From contig CAZINT010000003.1 in NCBI GenBank assembly GCA_964540825.1, positions 19,250 to 83,249 on the forward strand: a stretch of 64,000 bases of DNA, in the 5' to 3' direction. Source of the stretch: an uncultured Gammaproteobacteria bacterium. GTDB taxonomy: Bacteria; Patescibacteriota; Patescibacteriia; Magasanikbacterales; GWA2-37-8. The translations under genes and the position numbers were made by a program. The notes below the pieces were generated by a model, which did no database searches, had not been told where the DNA came from, and saw only the letters and a program-made list of their open reading frames with translations. Below, in pieces: positions 45,238 to 56,241 of this stretch. The stretch's first letter is position 1; each line of letters starts with the position of its first letter.

Positions 45238-45272
45238 ATTAAAAAGCACCCTGGTAAGGGTGCTTTTGCCGC
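45238..45272. terminator. Bidirectional intrinsic terminator downstream of groEL.
   Basis: GCACCCT-ggta-AGGGTGC flanked by AAAA and TTTT. Confidence 0.7.
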
Positions 45273-45286
45273 TCATTTAATACTCT

Positions 45287-47283
<1,997 letters not shown>

Positions 47284-47316
47284 ATATAAAAAATTAAATA
47301 AATAAAAGGGTACTAT

Positions 47317-47343
47317 TTATCACTCGTATAAATAGAGTGATAA
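47317..47343. promoter_or_regulatory. CIRCE operator (HrcA binding site) upstream of groES-groEL.
   Basis: TTATCACTC-gtataaata-GAGTGATAA versus the consensus TTAGCACTC-N9-GAGTGCTAA. One symmetric G-to-T change per arm. 34 nt upstream of the groES start. Confidence 0.8.
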
Positions 47344-47362
47344 ATAATACCCTCATTCTACC

Positions 47363-48658
47363 CTATTTCGAAGTGCTGTCAAGTGGATATTTGACCTCCA
47401 GAACTAAGGGTTTAAAAATAAATCCCAAGCCGATAAACCAGAGTAATTGACCGCTCAAGAGACTATAAAGCCAGTGATCAAATAACCCAGCTACCACAAG
47501 GACAACGATAACTGCCCCCACGCTATCCCGACTTTTTAAGACGCGGATAGCTAGGTAGCCATAGCCGAAAAAAAGAATAATGCTTACCAAAATACCCCAC
47601 TCGGCCAGAAATAAAAGATAGATATTGTGAACAGGCTGGAGCTCATACGCCGTCGCTTCGGGGTGCAGTCTTGTAAGCAGCGCGGTGTACGCGCCAGGCC
47701 CCACACCCTTAAAGGGATGCGCAAAAAATATACCGGCTGATTCAACCAGCTGTGCCTGGCGCTCGGTAATGGAACGGGATTCAAGGCGGTTAGCCGGAGT
47801 CGCGCGAGCTAAAAAAAGCGGCCGCAAAATACTGATAAAAAAAATACTTACGAGCGCATACCATACTATTTGTTTTATAAAATCAGTTCGCTCCGGAGTA
47901 CGCCAAACAGCGTAGGCAAAAAAAATAATTCCAGCGCAACAAGCAATCCAGGCACCTCGCGAAAACGTAATAATAAGCCCTGAGAGTACCACCAGCTGCC
48001 CTATGGTAATCGCCAACTTTATTGCTGGTTTCTGAACTGCTAAGTAGACAACCAAACCCACAATCAAAACGACTGCCAGATATATACCCAGCGAATTCGG
48101 CGAACCAAAGCTGCCATATGCCCGAAGCCAGCGCTCGTCACCGAACTCAATCACGCTCGCCCCAAGTTCTTTGGCCGTGTGACTGGCCATGCCAAGCCAT
48201 TTATTAGCAGCAACCTGCTGGGTAAAAAATTGCATCAACGCAACTATGCCCTGGACCACTCCACCCAACCAGAGGGCAGCAAGCAATTTAAGCCTTGGCA
48301 CGGCACTTTGCTTAATCAGTACGGCAAGACAAACCCCTGCAATGAGTCGTGTTAAAAATTGGTATGAAATACCAGGATTTGTACTCAAAAAAATTTCCAG
48401 CCCTAAAAAACCAAGTACTAATACCGCAAAAAACCAAAATGATTTTTGGCGTGTTACAATCCGCGCCTTTTGCCTAAACAACGACCCAAAAGCACACACG
48501 ATAAGGAGCCCAAGCAAAAGCTCGATTCCATAGACACTCTTGGTGCCATATTCCCACGGCGCACCATTAATAAATGCCGGTTCATAGATAAACCTCGTTT
48601 GCCACGGCAGCAAAAAAAGCACCGCCAGAAGCAGATACTTAGTTATTTTCTGAAGCAT
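47363..48658 (-). CDS. O-antigen ligase / Wzy-like polytopic membrane protein. Start uncertain between 48658 and 48712.
   Basis: About 11 TM helices with a large loop near the C-terminal third. The Wzy_C-like pattern is typical of the O-antigen ligase family. Confidence 0.5.
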   Translation of the reverse strand: MLQKITKYLLLAVLFLLPWQTRFIYEPAFINGAPWEYGTKSVYGIELLLGLLIVCAFGSLFRQKARIVTRQKSFWFFAVLVLGFLGLEIFLSTNPGISYQFLTRLIAGVCLAVLIKQSAVPRLKLLAALWLGGVVQGIVALMQFFTQQVAANKWLGMASHTAKELGASVIEFGDERWLRAYGSFGSPNSLGIYLAVVLIVGLVVYLAVQKPAIKLAITIGQLVVLSGLIITFSRGAWIACCAGIIFFAYAVWRTPERTDFIKQIVWYALVSIFFISILRPLFLARATPANRLESRSITERQAQLVESAGIFFAHPFKGVGPGAYTALLTRLHPEATAYELQPVHNIYLLFLAEWGILVSIILFFGYGYLAIRVLKSRDSVGAVIVVLVVAGLFDHWLYSLLSGQLLWFIGLGFIFKPLVLEVKYPLDSTSK

Positions 48659-49610
48659 ACCGAGTTTTAGTAATCCAGCGCTCATACTGCGCGCGCCGGG
48701 TATCATGTTCATGAAATTTTAAAATGCCATCTGACAACACCACATTATTATCTTGCAGTTTGGCCAATTCCTTAATTTTTGGCGTGATAGATTGCCATTG
48801 TACTTTTTTGGCTTCGTTTTCGATAACCATGCCGTACGCACTCCCCCACATTTTTTCTAAAATATATTTAAAAAATTTGCCTACCCTGCCCAGCCAAACC
48901 TGATTGGTCCCGGTAGTCGGCAATCCCTGTGTTTGGTACAGATGGGGCACGTACGCCTTAGTCCAAATATTTGCTTCTTTAAAACGCACAGCAAAAACAC
49001 CGGCATCATACAGCGGAATCATTTGGTGCAGCCAATACACAAAATGAATATCGTCCGGCCGCACCCGGAGCGATTCCATATTCAGATGATCGGCATCAAC
49101 AAAAAACGATAAACACATCCGGCCAGCTGTTTTGTTGCCGTACGTACGCAAACCAAAGAGGCGTAAAATACTATGTGCAAAAAAACGTACCAGCCAAATA
49201 CGCTTGGGTTCTGTAATAATGAGCACATCAATATCACTCTCACCTGTAGCGGTTTCGCTGCCGACTGAGTTACAGACCATAATTGCTTTCAAAAACGGCA
49301 ACCAACTAATAAAGCGGGCGGCGCGCCGGGCCTTTTTGAGCATCTGTTCAGTTGGTACAACATGCTGTTCACGAAGTGCAATGATACTACTTCGTCCCGG
49401 TAAAAAATAATGCCCCCCTTGAGTTTCCCATAATTTTCCGCTCTGAGCATGTAGGTAGGAACTAAAATCAGTATACGTAATTTCTGGCGGACACCACAAA
49501 TAACCAAACAACTCTTCCCTGGTTACAGGAAAATCAATAAGGTCAAAATAACTAAGTGTCTCGACAATTGCTTTGTCGAGTAAAGGCTGACCGGGCATAT
49601 CACACATCAA
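48639..49610 (-). CDS. Nucleotidyltransferase-fold (Pol beta-like) protein.
   Basis: GSETATGESDIDVLII matches the hG[GS]...DhD NTase motif. Confidence 0.5.
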   Translation of the reverse strand: MMCDMPGQPLLDKAIVETLSYFDLIDFPVTREELFGYLWCPPEITYTDFSSYLHAQSGKLWETQGGHYFLPGRSSIIALREQHVVPTEQMLKKARRAARFISWLPFLKAIMVCNSVGSETATGESDIDVLIITEPKRIWLVRFFAHSILRLFGLRTYGNKTAGRMCLSFFVDADHLNMESLRVRPDDIHFVYWLHQMIPLYDAGVFAVRFKEANIWTKAYVPHLYQTQGLPTTGTNQVWLGRVGKFFKYILEKMWGSAYGMVIENEAKKVQWQSITPKIKELAKLQDNNVVLSDGILKFHEHDTRRAQYERWITKTRYASENN

Positions 49611-49629
49611 AAGTACGCCTATACTACAC

Positions 49630-49663
49630 CAAAAAAAGCTCCCTGAATATAGGGAGCTTTTTT
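49630..49663. terminator. Intrinsic terminator downstream of yidC.
   Basis: AGCTCCCT-gaatat-AGGGAGCT with flanking A-run and T-run. Confidence 0.65.
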
Positions 49664-49669
49664 AAGCTT

Positions 49670-50458
49670 TTAAGAAACAATTTTGCCTTCAATGACGTCC
49701 GGCTTCTTGGGCTCGTCCGGATTCATGGGGAGCCCTTTCTTGCGAGCAAGCATATATTGCTGCAAGACCATAAGCATAGTTCCAAAGAACCAATACAATG
49801 ATAGTCCGCCTGGCAAACTAAAACCGATAATAGCAGTCATGGCCGGCATGAAGTACAGCATCTGCTTATTCATCATAGCCATCATACCTTCGTCTTTACT
49901 GCCCGCACCGGCTGTTTTTGGCGGCATACGCTGACTCATGCCGCGGGCTTGCAAATATTGCGCAAGGCCAGCAGCTACCGCAAGTACGTAGTTTGGTTTT
50001 AAAAGATTGAATAGTCCTAGCGACACAGGATTGATCGTTCCCGGATCACGTACGAATGAATAGAGTGTTTGCGCAACATTTGTTGAAGCAAGACCCGCAC
50101 GAAGTACGGCGTAGAGCGCAATTAAAATTGGAATTTGCAAAAGAAGGGGCAAACAGGAAGCAAAGGGATTTACTTTATTATTCTTGTACAGTTCCATGGT
50201 TGCCTGCGCAAGCGCTTGTTGATCACTGCCATGCTTTTTCTTGAGCTCATCCAATTTCGGCTGAAGGCTCTGGAGGGACTGCTGCGCCTTGATCGATGAC
50301 GATGTGAGCGGGAAAAGAATTAAGCGAATAAGGAGTGTGATGATCAATATTACCAAACCCACATCGTGCCCCGGCACAATATTATAGAGCTCAATGAAAA
50401 GATTAAAGATTGGTTTGTAGAGCACGACGTGGAAGGCAGAAGAAATTGCTGCGAACAT
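49670..50458 (-). CDS. yidC: Membrane protein insertase YidC (short form).
   Basis: 262 aa, five TM. LILFPLTSSSIKAQQSLQSLQPKLDELKKK...NPFASCLPLLLQIPILIALY. Confidence 0.85.
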   Translation of the reverse strand: MFAAISSAFHVVLYKPIFNLFIELYNIVPGHDVGLVILIITLLIRLILFPLTSSSIKAQQSLQSLQPKLDELKKKHGSDQQALAQATMELYKNNKVNPFASCLPLLLQIPILIALYAVLRAGLASTNVAQTLYSFVRDPGTINPVSLGLFNLLKPNYVLAVAAGLAQYLQARGMSQRMPPKTAGAGSKDEGMMAMMNKQMLYFMPAMTAIIGFSLPGGLSLYWFFGTMLMVLQQYMLARKKGLPMNPDEPKKPDVIEGKIVS

Positions 50459-50481
50459 AATTTACAATTGTTGATTTAAAG

Positions 50482-51738
50482 TTACTCTTTAGTTTCTGCT
50501 TCCGGTTCAACCGCTTCTTCAGTTTTTGTTTCGGGTGCAGCTTCAGTTTGTTCGCCCTCGGTATCAGGAGCTTCTTCAGTTTCTTCAACTGCTTTTTCTG
50601 GAGCGCCTTCTTGGATGACGCTGATTTTCCAGCCTGTTAACTCAGAAGCAAGGCGAACATTTTGACCGCTGCGGCCGATCGCCAGTGAAAATTGATCAGG
50701 GGCCACCAGCACTTTGGCAACTTTACCATCTTCTTCCAGCTCAACATTCAAAACTTTAGCTGGAGAAAGCGCATGCAAAATATATTTTTTAGCATCTTCA
50801 TTGTACTGAATAACATCAATTTTTTCGCCGCCAAGTTCTTCGATAATAGTCGTAATACGGCTGCCGCGCTGGCCAATACATGAACCGATCGGATCGATTG
50901 AACTGTCACTCGTGGCGACTGCGACTTTGGACCGGAAGCCAGCTTCACGAGCCAAGCCTTTGATTTCAATAACACCATCCGCGACTTCCGGAATTTCTTG
51001 TTTAAAAATTTCTTTTACCATGCCAACCGAATTGCGCGACAAAATGATTTCGGGTCCGCGCATACCCATCTCAACTCCGGCAACATAAAATTTCATGCGG
51101 TTGCCAGGGCGATAGTGCTCGTTATAAATCTGATGATCAGATGATAAGACGCCGGTTATTTTCCCAAGATCAACCAAAACCTTGCGTCCTTCGACACGCT
51201 GAATGGTTCCTTGAATGATTGTTCCTTCTTGACCTTTGAAATCACCAAAGACCATCGTGCGTTCGGCTTCGCGAATTTTTTGAATAATAACCTGCTTGGC
51301 AGTCTGGGCAGCCATGCGACCAAACTCATGGGTAATTGGCAATTCGATCTCAATCACGTCACCCAGTTTTACTTTGCCTTTAATAATTTTGGCTTCAGAA
51401 ATCATCATTTCCGTTTTGGGATTGAAGCGGGGCAAATCGGCTGTTTCTTCGTCAGTCAGTTCACGCCCTTCGTCTTTGGCTTTTTTGCGGCGTTCAACTA
51501 ATTCTTCTTGGGCTTTTTCCAAAGTTTCCGGGTCAACATCCTCAACTACAGTCTTGATATCCCACGCCTGCATATCGCCGGTTTCCGGATCAAATTTTAC
51601 TTTAATATTTTGCTGCTTGTTGCCAAAATCCTTGCGGTAGGCGGCCGCAAGTGCGATTTCGATGGTTTCCATGACTGCTTCATAGGATAAATTCTTTTCG
51701 TCACAGAGGGCCTGAATTGCTTTTGTAATCTCGGACAT
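50482..51738 (-). CDS. nusA: Transcription termination/antitermination factor NusA.
   Basis: 418 aa. N-terminal domain, S1 domain and two KH domains are recognisable. Acidic C-terminal tail. CTGCTATACT extended -10 motif 33 nt upstream. Confidence 0.9.
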   Translation of the reverse strand: MSEITKAIQALCDEKNLSYEAVMETIEIALAAAYRKDFGNKQQNIKVKFDPETGDMQAWDIKTVVEDVDPETLEKAQEELVERRKKAKDEGRELTDEETADLPRFNPKTEMMISEAKIIKGKVKLGDVIEIELPITHEFGRMAAQTAKQVIIQKIREAERTMVFGDFKGQEGTIIQGTIQRVEGRKVLVDLGKITGVLSSDHQIYNEHYRPGNRMKFYVAGVEMGMRGPEIILSRNSVGMVKEIFKQEIPEVADGVIEIKGLAREAGFRSKVAVATSDSSIDPIGSCIGQRGSRITTIIEELGGEKIDVIQYNEDAKKYILHALSPAKVLNVELEEDGKVAKVLVAPDQFSLAIGRSGQNVRLASELTGWKISVIQEGAPEKAVEETEEAPDTEGEQTEAAPETKTEEAVEPEAETKE

Positions 51739-51898
51739 AGTGCGTAGTTTAGAAGGGTTAATTAGTTATGAGTATAGCAGTTTTTAACAAAAAAGGCCAC
51801 TTTTATAAAGCGGTCTTAAGTTCAGAATACCTGACTAACTAAAAACTGTCAAGGCAATTTAAAAAAATATTTTGACTACTATTAGCCACTTTTATATA

Positions 51899-51927
51899 TT
51901 GACAAAAAGGAGATTTTATGCTATTCT
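51899..51927 (+). promoter_or_regulatory. Sigma70-type promoter for the GC-rich islet-5 gene.
   Basis: TTGACA (51899-51904), 17-nt spacer, TATTCT (51922-51927). About 105-nt leader containing a GGGAG-att-CTCCC hairpin. Confidence 0.5.
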
Positions 51928-52032
51928 CAACTGTTTAGTCTCAAGATTCTTTCTTTACAAAATCGTCGTCCAGGGCGCTTTTGCAAAGGGAGATTCTCCC
52001 GAAGAAGTCAAAAAAGCACCCCTGGAGGCACC

Positions 52033-52323
52033 ATGGACATGTATAGCGCACGGAAACTGCGCATCACCCTCGCGTCGCTCAAGATCGTCTCCCTGGTCCA
52101 ACCGAAGCGGCTGAAGGAGCTGGCGGCCCCCATTATGGCCGAACTTGAGAAGCTCGTCGTCGCCGAAGAACAGGACAATCACGAATCGACCGCGATCTCC
52201 CTGTGCCTGCGAACGGTCTACAACCAGCTCAACCACCTGCTCGGTCAGAAGACTTTTTACGAGTCCGAGCATGCGCAGCTGGAGCAGATCTGCAGCCTCA
52301 TGGTAGAGGCCATCGCTGGCTAG
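52033..52323 (+). CDS. Hypothetical 96-aa protein (GC-rich islet 5).
   Basis: High third-position GC. GGAGG Shine-Dalgarno site. Own promoter and terminator. Confidence 0.45.
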   Translation: MDMYSARKLRITLASLKIVSLVQPKRLKELAAPIMAELEKLVVAEEQDNHESTAISLCLRTVYNQLNHLLGQKTFYESEHAQLEQICSLMVEAIAG

Positions 52324-52366
52324 TAGCCCCCCTATTTTCTCTACCGTACACCAGTCGGAGAGCACA

Positions 52367-52436
52367 ACACCCCTGCTTCCGATCTTATCTCTTACTACTT
52401 AAGCGATGAGATCGGCAGGGGTGTTGTTTTTATTTT
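52367..52436. terminator. Long-stem intrinsic terminator.
   Basis: CACCCCTGC-tt-CCGATCTTATC ... GATGAGATCGG-CAGGGGTG, then TTGTTTTTATTTTTT. Confidence 0.6.
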
Positions 52437-53929
52437 TTGACAAGCGGTAAAATATAATTTTCTATTGGAGCGTAATCATCAGTTAGCACGGGCATGGTTT
52501 TCGCGAGCGGCGCACTGTGCCTACGGTCCAGCATTTCGGCAGTCGTGCCAGTCGCGCTACTCCAATCAGGCACTACAGTTGATTTTAGAGCAACCAGCAT
52601 AATATTTTGCAGCAACTCCTGATCGGTCGTCGAAGCAACAGGCAGTCGATACACCTGCGGAAATACTTTTTCCAAGGTAGCCGTTTCTGCCGCCAAAAAC
52701 GCATTTCCCTTACCGCCAAGCGCAGCATTAATATTTACAATATACACCCCGGTATCCGTAAGATGATCGGCTATTTTTTGCGCAGCTTCAACAGTTGTAA
52801 GCTGAAAGGGCACGTCAAAAAATGAATGAAACGCATCCCCGTAAATAGCATCGTATTTGGTAGCACCTAACTGATTTAAAAAGGCTCGACCGTCTTGGTG
52901 GTAGATGGTCAAATGCGGGTCAGGTTTTAAATTAAAATATTTTTCAGCCAGGACGGTAACACCCGGATCAATTTCAACAACATCAAGCTTCGCTTCGGGA
53001 TGTTTTTTCAAAAAGTCTTTCGGATATGAATACGCTCCCCCGCCAATCATGAGTGCGTGCTTAATGTTCGGATTAAAAAAATCGGCGAGGCGATAATATT
53101 TTGAATATGGATATACCAAATCGTCATCGTTATCCATAAACATACCCGCCTGGGTGGCTTCGTGCGAACTCACTAAATTGAGCGTAGGACGATTAGTTGC
53201 CGTATCGACACTTTCAATAATTAAAAAACGATTATACTGAGTATCAACATCAGCGGCGATCGCGTTCTGACCCAACAAACCCGGAAGTAAATTAGTCATT
53301 ACTAAGCCTAGGATCACGGCTAGCATGCCAGCTACGCGGATTTTTTTAAGGCCACCCCAAAACACAAACAGTGACGTACAAAAAAGAAGCAGCGCCAGAA
53401 TAAGCAAAATGTTAGTCGTACCAACAAAGGCAATGAGAAAAAAACCAGCGATAAATGTTCCGGCTATACTGCCCAGTGTTGAAAGAGCGTACAGGCTGCC
53501 GACCACCCTACCGGTAGCTTCGAGGGTTTGAATTTTCAATCGAACTGCATAGGGCGAAATCATGCCCAGCACCACGCTTGTGGGACTAAAAATAAGGACA
53601 GCAGCAATAAGTGCGCGCAGGCGCAAATCAACCATGCTCGAACTCATGGTTACCAGAATTGCAAATTTAAAGACTGTAATAATAAGCAGGAACAGAGCAG
53701 CCAAAGCGATCAACAGAGAAAAAAATCGCACCGTTGCTGTGCGATCAGCAAGGCGACCGCCCCACCAATATCCAAGACTGAGACTCCCCAAAATGACGCC
53801 GATAATACTCGTCCATACATACAGCGATGTTCCCAAGTACGGCGCAAAAATACGCGAACCTACAAGCTCAAAAACCATGACCGCAAAGCCACATATAAAA
53901 ACAGCTATTTCAAGAAAATATTTTCGCAT
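52430..53929 (-). CDS. Fused membrane domain / spermidine synthase-like (polyamine aminopropyltransferase-fold) protein.
   Basis: N-terminal half has about eight TM helices. C-terminal half has LMIGGGAYSYPKDF...LDVVEIDPGV...IYGDAF, the spermidine synthase Rossmann motifs. Confidence 0.65.
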   Translation of the reverse strand: MRKYFLEIAVFICGFAVMVFELVGSRIFAPYLGTSLYVWTSIIGVILGSLSLGYWWGGRLADRTATVRFFSLLIALAALFLLIITVFKFAILVTMSSSMVDLRLRALIAAVLIFSPTSVVLGMISPYAVRLKIQTLEATGRVVGSLYALSTLGSIAGTFIAGFFLIAFVGTTNILLILALLLFCTSLFVFWGGLKKIRVAGMLAVILGLVMTNLLPGLLGQNAIAADVDTQYNRFLIIESVDTATNRPTLNLVSSHEATQAGMFMDNDDDLVYPYSKYYRLADFFNPNIKHALMIGGGAYSYPKDFLKKHPEAKLDVVEIDPGVTVLAEKYFNLKPDPHLTIYHQDGRAFLNQLGATKYDAIYGDAFHSFFDVPFQLTTVEAAQKIADHLTDTGVYIVNINAALGGKGNAFLAAETATLEKVFPQVYRLPVASTTDQELLQNIMLVALKSTVVPDWSSATGTTAEMLDRRHSAPLAKTMPVLTDDYAPIENYILPLVKK

Positions 53930-53930
53930 A

Positions 53931-54728
53931 TTACTTCCCTGCCACGCGCTTCGGAGCTGTACCGGTAATTTTAACCTTATCTCCTACATCCATAAAAGCA
54001 TATAATTTTTCAACATCTTTATATGCCATATTAAGGCAACCGTGACTCATGGGGCGAATACCAAATTGGTTATGCCAATAGGCACCATGCAAGTAGAAAC
54101 TGCGTTTAAATTCTAAATTCCATTTGGTGTTCGGCAGATCATACCCCGGACCTTTGTAATGAACAACAGGAACCTTGCGAATAATCGCGAATTCTCCATT
54201 CGGCGTTGGAGTCTTGGCAAGGCCGCTTGATACGGGCATGGTGCCAAGTTTTACGCCGCCCAAATAATACCCAAGCTGCTGGGTATTTAAGTCCACTTCC
54301 ACATGGCGTTCCAGACTCCGGTCTTTATTGCCTTTTAAAGGATTAAATCCGGCAAAAGCTTCGGCGCCATCCTTACTCCCATCAGCATCCGTGTCGGGAT
54401 TATTTAAATCAGTTTTAAGCGCCAATTCGAGCGCGTCGTTAAGCCCGTCATTATCAGTATCTACATCAGTTAATTTTTTGTTACTACCAGCGAGCGGAGA
54501 ATAGCCATTCACAATCTCGTGCCCATCACTAAAGCCATCGCCGTCTGAGTCAAAAACAGTTGGATTAGTATGATACATCGTCAATTCATCATAATCACTC
54601 AGTCCGTCTTGGTCGGCATCAGTTCCGATTATTTCAGCCTTTGCAGTTCCGGTAAAAACAAAAGACATTCCGACAACCAAAAACGCCACAACGGTTACTC
54701 GATTCAACAACTTCGATATACAGTACAC
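53931..54728 (-). CDS. L,D-transpeptidase (YkuD) with N-terminal TSP3-type Ca-binding repeats.
   Basis: Signal peptide. Four DxDxDGxxDxxE-type loops (DADQDGLSDYDE, DSDGDGFSDGHE, DTDNDGLNDALE, DTDADGSKDGAE). C-terminal YkuD catalytic motif HG...SHGCLNM. Confidence 0.7.
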   Translation of the reverse strand: MYCISKLLNRVTVVAFLVVGMSFVFTGTAKAEIIGTDADQDGLSDYDELTMYHTNPTVFDSDGDGFSDGHEIVNGYSPLAGSNKKLTDVDTDNDGLNDALELALKTDLNNPDTDADGSKDGAEAFAGFNPLKGNKDRSLERHVEVDLNTQQLGYYLGGVKLGTMPVSSGLAKTPTPNGEFAIIRKVPVVHYKGPGYDLPNTKWNLEFKRSFYLHGAYWHNQFGIRPMSHGCLNMAYKDVEKLYAFMDVGDKVKITGTAPKRVAGK

Positions 54729-54746
54729 AACAGTTTAAGTAAAGAA

Positions 54747-55649
54747 TTATTTTACCAGTATATCACCCATCATATCGGTTCGTAAAATAGCCGCACCCGC
54801 CCGTTCTAGTCGCTTAATAACTCGGAGTGATGGATGACCGTATTTGTTAGGCCCCACCGAAATAACCGCTGTTTTTGGCACAACGGCCTCAAGCAGCTCG
54901 CTTCCGCTTGAACTTTTACTTCCATGATGGCCTACTTTGAGCACATGCGATTGAAGACGCGGACACGGATAGGCAAAGGTTGTTGAGGCGGCGGTAGTGC
55001 AGTAACGCTTAAGTAAAGCCTGCTCCAAAGGCACTTCCATATCGGCAGTAAAAAGATATGAATCAGTTGGATCGAGTAAACGAAAAACAATCGAATAATT
55101 ATTACTATCATCAGCTGCGGCAGCAAACTGTAGTGCCGGGTCTGGCGACAAGAATTCAAAGGTTGTACTCGCGATATGCCAAACAAGCGGTGAAGTAATA
55201 GTAACTAATTTTGCTCCAGATTCTTTTTGCACCGCATTCCACGTTTGCCAATACGGATCATTTTCTTTTGATTTGCCATTGGTAATGATCTCGCTCACCT
55301 TGTAACGTTTTACCACATCTACACACCCACCGTAGTGATCAAGGTCTGGATGAGTTGCCAAAACGTAATCGATTGTACGATCGTAAAAAGGTAATTCGGC
55401 ACCAAGTCGTGCGAGCACCCCAGCATTTGGACCGCAATCTACCAGCATTTTCTGGCCATTTCGAAACTGAATGAGTGTACCATCCCCCTGGCCAACGTTC
55501 AAAAAAACAACTTTAAACTCATGAGTTTTGGCATAACTCCATGCTCCGTACCAGGCAGCTGCGCAAGCTAAAACTCCGAAGGCGATAAGACCTGTGCACC
55601 ACAAAGCGATTACCCTCCTTGATAAACGCATATTACTTTGTAGCAACAA
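54747..55649 (-). CDS. ComEC/Rec2-type metallo-beta-lactamase domain protein (ComEC C-terminal module as a separate gene).
   Basis: N-terminal TM anchor. MBL motifs ATHPDLDHYGG and KVGHHGSKSS. Fold typical of the ComEC C-terminal domain. Confidence 0.6.
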   Translation of the reverse strand: MLLQSNMRLSRRVIALWCTGLIAFGVLACAAAWYGAWSYAKTHEFKVVFLNVGQGDGTLIQFRNGQKMLVDCGPNAGVLARLGAELPFYDRTIDYVLATHPDLDHYGGCVDVVKRYKVSEIITNGKSKENDPYWQTWNAVQKESGAKLVTITSPLVWHIASTTFEFLSPDPALQFAAAADDSNNYSIVFRLLDPTDSYLFTADMEVPLEQALLKRYCTTAASTTFAYPCPRLQSHVLKVGHHGSKSSSGSELLEAVVPKTAVISVGPNKYGHPSLRVIKRLERAGAAILRTDMMGDILVK

Positions 55650-56241
55650 TGATTTGATTTATCCAAATCTCTTTTTCTTTCACTATAATTTCTTCGACTC
55701 CAAACGCCAGGCTTTCTAAAATTTCCCCGATCTTTTCCGGACGATGATAGTAAGAATCAATTTTAATGATGCCCTGTTTTGTTTCAACTTCCGGCGCTTC
55801 TTTCTGATTAATATTAGTCACAATTAATTTACCATCCGGCTTAAGCACGCGGTACACTTCATCAAAAAAGCGTGTCGGATCTTTAAGGTGAACGATAAGA
55901 AAGGCGGCGACAACAAAATCAAAATGGTTATCGGGAAACGGCAAACTTTCGGCATCGCCCACGACTGTTTCGATCTGAGTTTTAATTTTTGATTTTAATA
56001 CCCTTAACATTTCAGCTGAAACATCCAGCGCAGTTACAATCGCTCCTTTTTTAACAAGCTCAACGGCGAGCCGGCCTGTCCCCGCCCCTACATCTAAAAC
56101 AGTTTTGCCGGCAAGACCACCAAAAAGCGGCAAAACTTTTTGCTGTTCAAAACTATTGAGGTATTTTTCTTTTTTGTCATAGGTGCTGGCAGCCAGGTCG
56201 TAACCGGTTTGCGAATCATGTATTTTTATTTTTGATTTCAT
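55633..56241 (-). CDS. Class I SAM-dependent methyltransferase.
   Basis: VLDVGAGTGRLAVELVKKGAIVTALDVSAEML (motif I and post-I). Confidence 0.7.
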   Translation of the reverse strand: MKSKIKIHDSQTGYDLAASTYDKKEKYLNSFEQQKVLPLFGGLAGKTVLDVGAGTGRLAVELVKKGAIVTALDVSAEMLRVLKSKIKTQIETVVGDAESLPFPDNHFDFVVAAFLIVHLKDPTRFFDEVYRVLKPDGKLIVTNINQKEAPEVETKQGIIKIDSYYHRPEKIGEILESLAFGVEEIIVKEKEIWINQIIVATK

